Shown here in pieces: positions 42,801-54,800 of a DNA stretch of 64,000 nt. The notes below the pieces were generated by a model. The model saw only the letters and a list, made by a program, of their open reading frames with translations, made no database searches and had not been told where the DNA came from. Location of the stretch: positions 5,084,001 through 5,148,000 of the forward strand of contig CAKKNE010000004.1 of the NCBI GenBank assembly GCA_918797485.1, read 5' to 3'. Source of the DNA: Pelagomonas calceolata. Its lineage: Eukaryota. The stretch's first letter is position 1. Every line of letters begins with the position of its first letter. Position numbers and translations under genes: made by a program.

Positions 42801-45800
42801 ACAGCGTGCCGAGCGACGGCATGTCCTCGTCGACACCGCGCTGGCAGAAGTTGACGCCCTCGGCGCTGCCGCAGTCCGCGATGTCGAACTTGACGCTGAT
42901 TTTTTCCAGCGCCGGCACGTTGGCGAGCTGCGCCTCGAGCGCGGCCTTGGTCGCGGCCACGGTGCCCTGGTTCGTGTTGCAGTCGAGGAGGTAGAACCCA
43001 AAGGTCTGGACCTCGTCGACGCGCTTCACGGCGTAGGTGATGCGCTGCTTCTCGGGGACGGACGCGACCGTCGACCGGACGATCTGGACCTCGTCCTGGA
43101 ACGTGGCGGCCAGCGTCAGCGTCTGGACCTCGTCGACGTCGTTCGCCGTCGTCGTCACCGTCTGGACCTCCGGCGTCACCTCGTCGGCGGACGTCGTGAT
43201 GGTCTGGATCTCGTCGATGCCGTCGATGTTCGTGCGCACGGTCTGGACCTCGTTCTGCACCCAGACGCTGCCGCGCACGGACTGGACCTCGGAGTGCACG
43301 TCCGCGTCCAGCCCGACGAGCTGGTACTCGGACACGACCGGCGCCAGCGCGACGTCGGGCGTGCCGAAGGCCTCGTCGGCGTCGAACTCGACGCGGAACG
43401 CGTCGATCGTCGCGCCGCCGTCCTTGGGCGGCACGGACCAGGCCGCGTAGATCGACTCGGCGTCGACCGCCGGCGCGATCGCCTCGCTCGGCGGCGTGCC
43501 CGGCACGCCGTCGAGCGTCGTCGCGTACGCGGGCTCCGTGGCCGCCGCCGGCGACGCGCCCTCCGCGTTGAAGGCCGTGACGCGCACGTAGTACGTCTTG
43601 CCGCGCTCGAGCACGCGGCTCTCGACGCCCGTCAGCGGGTCCCGCCCGCCGATGAGGTAGGCCGTCGCCGAGGCCGGCACCATGACGCGCTCGGCCGGCG
43701 ACGAGAAGTCGTCGCGCACGTCCCACTCGACGGCGTACTCGGCGATCGCCGCGCCGCCGTCGCCGCCGTACTCGCAGCCCGGCGTCGCCGACGGCGCGCC
43801 CCACTCGACCTGGAGGCCCACGCCCGACGTGACGTCCAGCGTCGGCGCCCGGGGCGGCCCCGGCGTCCGCACCGTGCCGACGGCGCTGCTCGGGCTCGTC
43901 GCGGCGAACGGCGAGTAGTCGTAGCCGTTGTAGGCCGCCACGCGCACGAAGCGGGGCACCGACGCGGACACGGCCGCGATCTCGATGTCGTAGCACTCGG
44001 TCTCCGCGCCCGGCGTCGCCGCGACGCTCGCCTCGTAGCCCGACGTCTTGATGTTGCGGAAGTCCTCCGACACGTCCCACTGCACGAGGTAGCGGACGAC
44101 GGCCTGGCCGCCGTCGCTCGCCGGCGGCGCCCAGGCGACGCGCAGCGCCGTCGGCTCGAGGGCGTACAGCTCCGCGGTCCGCGGGACCGAGGGCGCCTCG
44201 ACGGGCGCGATCGCGCCCGTGACGATGGGCCCCTCCTGGCCGAGCATGCCCGCCTCGGCGATGGACTCGCCGTACCACGCCTCCGACCCGTCGCCCGAGC
44301 CGTCGATGCCCGGGCCCGTGTAGGCGCCGCGGCCCTCGTCGGTGATCGCCGCGACGCGCACGAAGTAGCCCGTGCCCGAGTCCAGGCCGGCGATGGTGTG
44401 CTTGATGGCGGCGCCCGCGACGACCTCGCTGCCGTAGTCGGCCGGCGTCGTGCCCTGCTCGAACGTCGCCACGCGCGCGGCGGCGTCGGGGCCCGTGAGC
44501 ATGTCGTCCAGCGGGTAGATGGGCGGCACGTCGCCGCGCGGGTGCCAGAACTTGACCTCGTAGTTGTAGCCGTTGTTGTTGACCGTGCGGACGACGTCCA
44601 CGTTCGAGATGGTCGTGAGGCCCTCGAGCGCGGCCTCGACCTCGGCGGCCGTGGCCTCGCACGAGAGCGGCGCCGTGGTGTGGCCCTCGAAGCCCAGGCG
44701 GAAGGTGCCCCGCAGCGGCGCCTGGCCCGGCCGCACGCGCTGCGCGCGCAGCGTCGGCGCCGTGCCCGCCCAGAGGTCCGACTCCCGCGCGTCGAGGAGC
44801 GGCCGCGGCCCGACGAAGCCCACGAACTCGATCGTCCACTCGTAGCCGTGGTCCCAGCGGTAGAGCTGCGCGCCGCCCGTGTCCTCGGAGATGTCCGAGC
44901 CCCGGAAGTTGAGCACGCTGGCGGCGTCGTCCGCCGTGCTCTCGCACTCGGCGCCGTCGACGTCGGGGTCCGTCTCGCTGTGCACGCGCAGCTCGATCTT
45001 CGTGGTGGTGCCCATCTTGAACTCGCCGACGCGGAGGACCTCGCCCGCCAGCATGATGACGCTCCGGCCCTCGTCCTCCAGCGCGGCGGCGAGCGCGTTC
45101 CCGTTGCCCTCGTTCAGCTTGATCGTGCACCCGCCGTGCCCGATGTAGCCCTTGTAGCCCCGCAGGGCCCGCATGGACAGGCGTCGCGTGACGCGCACCT
45201 CGCCCGACGACCCGAGCCGCTCCAGCGCCTCCTTCACGGAGCCGGCGCCCTCGGCGGGCGCGTCGACGGGGATCGGGTCCGTCGTCTCGCCGCCGATGGA
45301 CAGCGTGAAGTGGCCGTTGAGGCCCAGCTCGTCCGCGCCCGTCGTCACCGTCTGGACCTCCGTCACGCCGTCGCTCGCGGAGAGCGTGACGACCTGCGTC
45401 TCGGGCGTGCCCGGCTCCGAGTACCACTCGACCTCGTAGCCCTGGATCTTGGCGCCGCCGTCGTCCGACGGCGGGGACCAGCGCGCGATCAGCGACGTGC
45501 CGGAGCCGACGGCGACGCTGACCTTGTTCGGCGCCGAGGCCTGCGTCTTCGGGACGGCCGCGACCTCGGCCGAGACGGGCCCGTAGCCCGCCCGGTTGTA
45601 GGCCGTGACGCGCGCGTGGTACTCCCGGCCCGCCGTCAGGCCCGAGAACGCGTACGCGAAGGCGTCGCTGCCCGCGACGCGCTCCGTGACGTGGACCTCG
45701 GCCGTCGTCTCGCCGAAGTTCGTCGTGCCGACCATGAGGTTGGCGTCGGCGGCGCCCTGCGTCAGCGTGTGCCGCTGGTGCGTGAACGTGACCGTCCACG

Positions 45801-48800
45801 CGCGCGTGTTCAGGTTCGTGTCGAGGTCCTCCATGCGGACGTTCGTCGCGAAGATGGTGTCGAGGGCCTCGAGCCGCGCCTTCACCTCGGCGGCCGTCGC
45901 GCCCACGGCGATGGGCCCCGTCTCCTGGCCCTCGAAGTTGAGCGTGAAGGAGCCCGTGACGGGCGAGAGCGACGCGAGGTAGACGGTCTGGACCTCGTAC
46001 GAGAAGCCGCCCGGCAGCACGTCGCAGTCGCCGTCCTGCAGCGTGGCGACCTCGATGCGGGCGTCGTCGCCCACGAGGTACGTGTCGTCGGCCGTCAGCG
46101 GGCCGACGTCGCCGTAGACGCCGACGAAGACGACGCGCCACGTGTAGCCGCGCGCCGCGCGCGAGCGCGTGACGCGCACGGGCGGCACGCCGACGTCCCA
46201 GACGCCCGTCAGCTTGGACACGGCGTCGGCCACGTCCTCCGCCGCGACGTCGTACTTCAGGGCCTTGGTCGTGCGGCCGCCCCAGCTCAGCGTGAAGGTG
46301 CCGCGCCGCTCGGCCTCGGGCGCGCGGAAGTGCGTCGTCACCGTCTGGACCTCGTGCACGAAGGCGACCTCGTCGACGACGTACGCCGGCGACGCCGCGT
46401 CGAAGGCGCTGCTGTCGTCGAGCTCGACGCGGTAGGCCGTGACCGTCGCGCCGCCGTCGAGGTGGGGCGGGCGCCAGGCCAGCGACAGGCTCGTCCCGGA
46501 GTAGTGCTCGCCCAGCACGACCGCCGTCGGCCGCGACGGCACGCTCAGGCCGGGCGTCACCGTCCGCTCCTCGGACGGCGGGCCGAAGCCGAGCGCGTTC
46601 CGCGCGCTGACGCGGAAGCGGTACTCGTGGTCCGGCGAGAAGGCCAGGTACTGGGGCGGGTGCCGGCCGGGCGCCACGCCGTTCCGCACCGTGTCGACGT
46701 GGATCGACGTCCGGTTCGACGAGCTCGCCCAGGCCGAGACCCAGTCCGCGTGCACGAACTGCGCGTCGACCTCGAGGGCCGTCGCGCCGGCGTGGCGGCC
46801 GCCCCAGAAGGTCAGCGTGTACACGTAGCCGAACTCGGACGCGGCGTCGCCGCGGCCCGTCCGCTTGACGTCGACGCGGTCGACCTCGTTCAGCTTCTCG
46901 AGCGCGGCGCGCACGTCGTCCTCGGACGCGCCCCAGGCGATGGGCTCGGTCACGGTCGCCGCGGCCTCGCCGTCCGCCAGGTACCGGTCCGAGTGCGCCA
47001 GGCTCAGCGTGAAGTTGCCGCGGACGCCCTGCCGGTTCGCGGCGCACTCCGCGGACGCGCAGCGCAGCGCGACCGTCTGGACCTCGGCCGGCGCGCCCAG
47101 GATCTCGTCCCGCGGCGCCGCGCCGAAGGGCAGGCGGTAGCGCAGCTGCGCGCCCGTGCCGCGCCAGTTCTTCTGCGCCGTGGCCCGCACCGTGTTGATG
47201 GCGTCGAGCTTGCGCGCGCCGCCCGGGTCGGCGGCCAGCGGCGACGCGAAGTCCTTGAAGACCATGCAGTACTCGTAGCCGTTCGCCCAGCCGAAGGCCG
47301 TCGCGCCCTCGGCGCCGACGTCGAACGCGCCCCGGAGGAGGAGGGACGCTGCGTCGACGCGCCGGGCCACGTAGCGCTGGCGGCCGATCCAGACGTCGTC
47401 GCCGTCGGCCAGCGCGCCGCGGAGGTCCGCCGTCGTCGCGGCCGTCACGAGGTACGGGAAGACGTTCACGGTCGGCGTCCCCGCGTCGACGTCGACGTGG
47501 AGCTTGCGGTCGAGCAGCAGGCAGTCGGCGCCGCAGCCGAAGGCGTCGACGTCCTCCACGGCGTACGTCTGGCCGTCGACGACGATGCGCGTGCCGTTCA
47601 CCGCCGAGCCCGGCCCGTCCGCGGCGTCCGACGCGTTGAGCAGGTCGTGGCCGCCGGGGTGGAGGTAGACCACGCGCGAGTAGTCGAGGCCGCCGCTCAC
47701 CCGGGCCGCCGTCGGCGACGCCTGCCACACGGTCGTCGCGGGCGCGAAGCTCACGCGGCCCGGCAGCGCGGCGCGCGAGCGCGTCGTCGACCCGATGAAG
47801 GCCTGGTAGAGGCCCTGCACGTCCTTCGCCGGCGCCTCGCCCGCGTTCAGGTCGTACTGGTGCACGCGGTGGAGCTGGACGTCGCCGCGGAACAGGTCCG
47901 ACGGCGCGAAGGGCGTCGAGAGCCCGAAGACCGTGACGCCGCCCGCCGCCGCGACGTTGAGGCGGTCGAGGCCCAGCGTCAGGTTGCCCCGCACGAAGCG
48001 GTGCAGGTCCTTGATGCGCGGGTAGTAGGTCACGTCCGTGATGAGGCGCGTGGGCCCCGCGTCGTTGTCCCACGCGTCCGTGGCGTTCGACAGCCGCAGG
48101 GGGTCGCCGGCCGCGACGGCCGTCGACGCGTCCCCGAAGGCCACGGCGTAGGCCGCCGTGCCGTTCGGCAGGTAGACCGGGAGCGAGAGCGCGCCGTCGG
48201 CCGCGCCGAGCATCGCCGCGCGCGCGACGACGTCGAGCGCGTGCAGCTCGGCGAGGACCTTGCCGTGCGTCGCGTCCCAGCGGATGTCGCCCGTCTCCTG
48301 GCCGCCCACCGACAGCCGGAACGTGCCGGCCATGTCGCGCGCGTCGGCCATCGTCGACACGTTCACGACCGGGTAGACGTTCGCCGTCGCGTCGCCGCCC
48401 GTGAGCTTGGACGCGCCCGCCGCGAGCTGGTCGACGCGGCCGGCGGCCGGCGGGAAGGTCACGGCGAAGGCGACGCCGTAGGGCGCGTCGGCGTGGTCGT
48501 GCTTCGTCACCTCGACGCCCGGCACGAGCTCGCTCAGCAGCGCCTCGAGGTCGCGCGCGTGGCCGGCGACGGGGAAGCCCCGGATGACCTCGCCCGCGAA
48601 GTAGAGGTCGAGGGCGCCGCCGAGCGCCGTCGTCGCCTCGGCGACGACGACCTGCACGTCGCCGTTGCCGCCGGCGCACGTCTCGTGCGAGCCGATGGGC
48701 ACGATCGTCGCCGTGACGTTCGACTTCGTCAGCGTCGCGTCGCCCGTCTGCTTGACGCTGAACTCGGCGCAGCCGCCCATGCCCAGGCCCGTGGCCGCGT

Positions 48801-51800
48801 ACGACGTGCCGAAGGACTCGGCGGGGACGCGCAGCTGGGGCCACGCGCCGTCGACGTAGCTGCCCCGGAAGAGGATGGAGTACTCGAAGGGGAAGCCCGT
48901 CCGGTTCTGCGCCTCCGTGGCGCGCACCTGGACGGAGCCGGCCGGCACGAAGGGCAGCGCCTCGAGCGCGGCCTTGAGCTCGACCGCCGAGGCCTTGTAC
49001 GAGATGCACGCCGTCTCGTGGCCGCCCAGCTCCAGTTTGTAGCCCCCGGCGTCGACCCAGGCGTCCGCGTAGCCCTGCTGGGGGTCCACGGCCGCCAGGG
49101 TCAGGATCTGGATCGCGTCCCACGAGTCCAGCAGGCCGGCGTAGTGGCTGCCGCAGCGCCCGCGCGGGACGTCCGGCCCGCCGTCGGCGCGCCAGCTCCC
49201 GTCGCGGTTGCCGTCGGCGTCGGTGTAGACGACGAGGCTGCCGTAGTTCGCCGGGTACGAGACGCCGACGGCCGTGTTGTTGCGCACGGCGCCGGTGATG
49301 TTGCAGTCGAGCGGGTGGTCGATCGACTGGAGCTCGCCCACGTTGACCGCCACGCCGTCGATGTCGCCCACGTCCTGCAGCAGCTTGACGGTGTAGGTCG
49401 CGACGTTCTTCGTCGCCGACCGCGTCACGCGCGTCGCGCCGACGTTCGGCAGGGCCCCGAGCGCCTCCTGCACGACGTGCGCCGGCGCGAGCGGGCCCAT
49501 GGGGTGCGTCGTGAACGACCCCACCGAGACGGACCACCGCCCCTGCAGGTCGGCGAGGCCCCAGGGCCCGGCCTCGACCTCGAGCGTCCACGTCTCCGAG
49601 GACCTGGTGAAGCTCGACGCCGTCGTCCACTCGACGAGGTAGGCCTCCACGGGCAGGCCCCGGGCGTCGGCCTCGCCGTAGGACACGCGGACGCGCGAGT
49701 CGGACGCCGGCGCGAGCGCCAGGTCGGGCACGGGGCCCGGGATGCTCGCCGCCGCGAACGAGAACGGCACGACGCCGGCGCCCTGGCCCTGGGCGGCCGC
49801 CTCCACGCCCTTGGCCCCCCGCAGGGGCTCGTTCGTCCACTGGCCCGCGCCCTCCGAGTTCACGGCGCGGATGCGCGCCGAGTACGCCTTGCCCTCCTCG
49901 AGGCCCGTCGCGAGCGCGGCGTACGCCGGGTCCGCGCCCTCGGCGACCGTCTCCACCGCCAGCCGGACGCCGGTGCCCGTCAGGGCCGGCACGGCGATGA
50001 GCGGCGGCACGTTGCCGAGCTGCGACGCGAACTCTACCGTCCAGACGGCGCCGTAGGTCGCGCCGTTCTCGACGTTCGGCAGCGTCGTCTTCGTCGTCTT
50101 CACGCGGCCGACGCTGGCCAGGTTCTCGAGCTGCGTCGCGAGGTCCTCCGCCGTGGCGTCGAACTCGACGACGACCGGCGTCCACGCCCGGAAGACGGTG
50201 CCGGCGACGGCCGCCGTGTCCTCGAACGTCAGCGTGAAGGTGCCGTCGATGTCGTCCTTGGCCGCGGTGAGCGAGATGGACTGCACCTCCGCCGTCCCGC
50301 CCGACGCCGTCGCCGCGTACGTCGGGTTCTCGAACGACGGCGACAGGCCGCGGCGCTCGACGCGGGCCTCGGCGTACGTGTAGTTCCGGAGGTAGTTTGT
50401 TTTCTCCGTCGCCTCGGTGGGGTCCTGCACCGCGCTGACCAGCGTGGGCCAGTCCTTTTCCGCGCCGCCGCGCGCGGGGCCGTCGACCGTCGCCACGACG
50501 CAGCCCGAGTGGCCGAAGCGCTCGCCGTAGAGCGGGTAGTAGAAGCTCGACAGCGAGTCGGCGGGCGCGATGGCGCGCCGCGCCGTGTTCCAGGCCGGGT
50601 ACTTGGCCGCGACCTTGCGGTTCCACGCGCCGATGCGGTCGTTGTGCAGGGTCCTGTTGCCGTGGTAGGCGAGCATCCAGCCCGTGCCGTTGAAGCGGAG
50701 CGAGAAGGGCGTGCCGATCTGCTCGAAGACGCTGCGGCCGTTCTCGAGCAGGCCCGTCTCGACGTAGGCGCCGTTGTACAGCTCGACGTCGCACCCGCCC
50801 AGCGTCACGTAGTTGGCCGACTGCGCCGAGGCCGTGAGGCAGGGCGCGTCGGGGCACCGCGACGCCCCGTCGAGGCTCGTGAAGGTCACGGACCAGGTGT
50901 AGCCGTTCGTCGGGTTCGGGCCCCAGCGGCTCACCTCGACGGAGCCGAGGCCCGGGAGCGACTCGAGCGCGGCCTTCATCTCGCGCGCCGAGGCGTCGTG
51001 CGGCACGAGGACGTGCTGCCGGCGGTACGCCGAGGCGTTGCGGCCCCGCCGCTGCACGCCGGCGAGGCCCGTCGAGCCGTAGAGCGCCTCCTCGGTGCCG
51101 GGGAACCGGACGTTGCCGCCCCGCCCGTAGACGAGCGACGTCTCCCGGTCGCGCACGCGCCCGGACCACGACGACGCGTTCGACGTGAAGCCCGAGCCGA
51201 GCCGCGTCTGCTCGACGTACACGACGCACGCGGCGCAGCCGGCGAGGTGGTAGTCCTCGATGTCGAACGACTCGCCCGGGCCCGTCCGCCCCTGGCCCTT
51301 GTAGGCGTTGGCGGACGGGTAGGGGCGGCCCGGCGCGACGCGGTGGACCTCGTCGCCCAGCCGCACGAGGTCGCCCGGGTTGAGCAGCCCCGTGAGGTTG
51401 TACTCGACCGGCACCGTCACGCGCGTGCTCCCGGCCCGCACGGACGCCGTCACGATCTTCTGGGGCGCCGGGTCCCAGAGGGCCAGGTCCGGCGCGCCCG
51501 TGAAGTCCCAGGCGACCTCGAACTTGCCGCTGATGGGGCCGCGGTACTCGAGCCCGCCCTTGCGGTAGACGCGCGCGCCCGTCCGGATGGTCGCGACCTC
51601 GGGCACGGCGCCGGGCTGGAAGGCCGGCCGCGCGCTCGTCGCCGACGTCGCCACGGCGACCTGGGCCGGGTCGTAGGGCGCCGCGCAGGCGCCCGCGGGG
51701 CGCACGTACAGCGCGTCGACGTGGCTGTTGGACGTGTAGGCGCCGTCGTAGGTCACGGCGTAGCTCACGACGCCCGTCGCCGGGTCCTTGCTCTTCGCCA

Positions 51801-54800
51801 CGGACACGCCGTCCACGTAGGGCAGCTCCTCGAGGCGCAGCTCGAGCGTCGCCGCCGGCGCGTCGACGGCGACGCACGCGGTCGTGGCGTTGCCGCTCTC
51901 GAGCCGGTAGGACCCGGAGCCGAGCGAGGCCTCGGGGCCCAGCACCGGCGTCAGCGTCACGGTCTGCACCGCGGGCTGCCGGCCGCTGAGCTGGACCTCG
52001 TAGAGCGTGACCGCGGCGCCGTTGTTGCCCTCGGGGTACGCGAGCGCGGGCGGCCGGAAGTCGACGCGCACGGAGTGCGCCGCGAGGGCCGCGCACGCCT
52101 CGGAGTCGGCGCAGGCGCCCTCCGTGACGCCCGTGCCCAGCGCGGCGCGCTCGACGACGTCGGGCACGTCCGCGCAGAGCGCCGACGCGACGTTCGACGA
52201 CCACGGGCCCACGAGGTACTCGTCGTCGCCGCGCGCCTCGAAGGCGACGACGTGGCTGCGGCGCCAGTCGCCGGACCAGGCCGGCTTCGTCCGCGCCGCG
52301 ACGCGGAAGTAGTACTGGACGCCGGGCTTGAGGTCCGCGACCTCGTGCGCGAAGTGCGCGCCGACGGCCTTCGAGCCGAAGACGGGGAGCGACGGCAGCG
52401 ACGCGTTCACGGCGCGCCCCGCGTAGTCCTCCGTCAGCTCGAGGCAGGTCCCCTCGCTCGGGCAGTTCACGCGCTCGCCCGCGGCCGACTTGAAGAACGC
52501 GTCGCCGTTGACGGCCTTGACCTGGTAGTGCGCCCCGTCGACGTTGATGAAGTCGCCCGCTTCGAGGTCCGCCGCCGCGCCCACGGGCAGGACGAGCCGC
52601 GAGCGCTGCGCCGCGTCCGTCGACTCGGGCGACGCGTACACGACGTCGCCGAGCGTCCTATCCACAGACGCCGCCGAGACCTCGACGCGCCCGAGGGGCC
52701 CGACGTCGTAGCACTTGAAGAGCGAGTTCAGGTAGCCCAGCATCGTGCCCGGCCGGTAGCCCTCGACGCACTGCGAGGCGAACGACGGCGACGTGTCGTA
52801 CTCGAGCACGAAGGAGTCGATCGGCGCGCCGCCCGAGCTCAGCGGCTCGTCCCACCCGACGAGGACCTCGTGGTCGCCCGTGTGCGTCGCCGTGACCGAC
52901 CGCACGGCCATGGGCGCCGTCACCGCCGGCTGGAGCGGCGCGAGGCCCGTCGCGGCGCGGGCCTCGCCCGCGCCCGCGGACGTGTACGAGCTGACGCGCA
53001 CGTGCCACGAGCTGCCGTCCGAGATCGCGTCCGTCAGGAGCGCCTGGTAGGTCATGCGGCCCACGCGCTCCTGCGCGACGCCCTTGACGACCTCGTCGGC
53101 CCAGTGGTTCGTCGAGACGTAGATGGGCGGCACGTCGCCGCGCGCGCTCCCGAACTCGACGGTCACGTTCTGGCCCGAGCAGGGCAGCCACGTCACGTTC
53201 GCGCCGTCGAAGCGCGCCGTCCGCGGGCACTCGTCGCACGTGAGCGTCACGTCGCCCGCGACGGCCTCGATGGCCTCCTCGAGCGACACCTGCGCGTAGA
53301 CCTCCTCGCCGTCCTTCCCGAGGAGCCGCGTCCGGTCCGACTCGCCGACGGGGCCGCGGTGCAGCGCCAGGCCCGTGCCCTCGCCGACGTCCCGGAACGC
53401 GAACGTGTCCGGGAACGTCAGCTTGCTGGGCTTGCGCAGGTACAGCGTCTGGGTGTAGTCGCCGCGCACCTGGAGCGAGAAGCTGTCCGAGTTCTGCGAC
53501 CCGCCGGCCCGCCCGCCGTTGGCGTCGCAGATGAAGGTCTGCACCTCCTGCCGCGACCCCGTCAGCGTCGCGACCGCGGACACGTTGCCCGCGGCGCGCT
53601 GGCAGTCCGTGCCGAGCGGGTCGTTGCCCAGCCCCTCCTTGGTCGCGCAGCTCAGGAGGTTCACGCCGTCCACGGAGAGCTTGTGGCCCGCGACGGCCTG
53701 GTAGGGGCTCGCGTACCGCGTGTGCTGGTCGCCCGGGTACTGCACGGCGTCGAAGGTCACGAGCCACGTGTAGCCCTGCGGGTCGACGCAGTCCGTGGCC
53801 GCGTCCGGCGCCGGCGAGCAGCGCATCGTCCGCGTGACCGTGACGTCGTCGACCGTGCAGAGCGCCTCGAGCGCCGCCTCGACGGCGGCGGCCGACGCGT
53901 CGTACGGCAGCGCCTGCGTGTCCTGGCCGTCGAAGCTGAGGGCGAAGAAGCCGCCCAGGTAGCGCTCGCCCGTCGTCTCGGCGACCGTGACCGACTGCAC
54001 GTCCGCCACGCCGCGGCGGTCCGACGCGAACACGCGCACCGAGCCCGCGGCGTGGCCCTGCGCGCCCGAGTCGAAGGTCGGCGCCGGGTCGTACTCGACC
54101 TCGAACGACGTGACGGGCGCGCCGCCGTCGTTCTCCGGGCCGACCCACTCCACGAGCAGCTCCGTCGGCGAGACGACCTCGGCGCGCACGAGCGCCGGCG
54201 GGTCCGGCTTCTGGGTCTGCGGCGTCAGGCCGACCGGCGACGTCGTGCGGTAGGCGCCGACGCCGAAGTCGTTCCGGGCCGCCACGCGGACGTAGGTCGG
54301 GCCGCCGCCCGAGGGCGCCGGCACGAGCTTCTCGGCCACGGGCGTCACCGTCACTGTCGGTTGGATCGCCGCCTCGAGCCCGTCCTCGTTCGCGCCCAGG
54401 CCCAGCAGCGGCGAGAACATGAAGCGCGTGTCGTCGCGCGACTCGAGCTCGGCCGTGAACGTCACGTACCAGGCGTAGCCGTTGCTGCCCGTCTCGACGA
54501 CGCGCTCGACGTCGACGGTGCACACCTGCTGGAGCGCCTCCAGCGCGTACTTGACGTCGTCGGCCTCGGCGTCCCACGGCAGCGGCGCCGTCGTCTGCGC
54601 GCGCCACACGGGCACCGTCGACGTCTGGAGCGTCTGGACGGACCCCGTCGCGTTCGTGCCGAAGACGTACGAGGCGTCCTCGGCCTCGGCGTCGTGGCAG
54701 CCGTCCCGCCCCAGCGACACGACGGCGAGCTCGGGCACGTCGCCCCGCACGAGGTCGCCGACGAAGGTGACGAGGTAGCGGACGCCCCAGTAGTCGTCGC

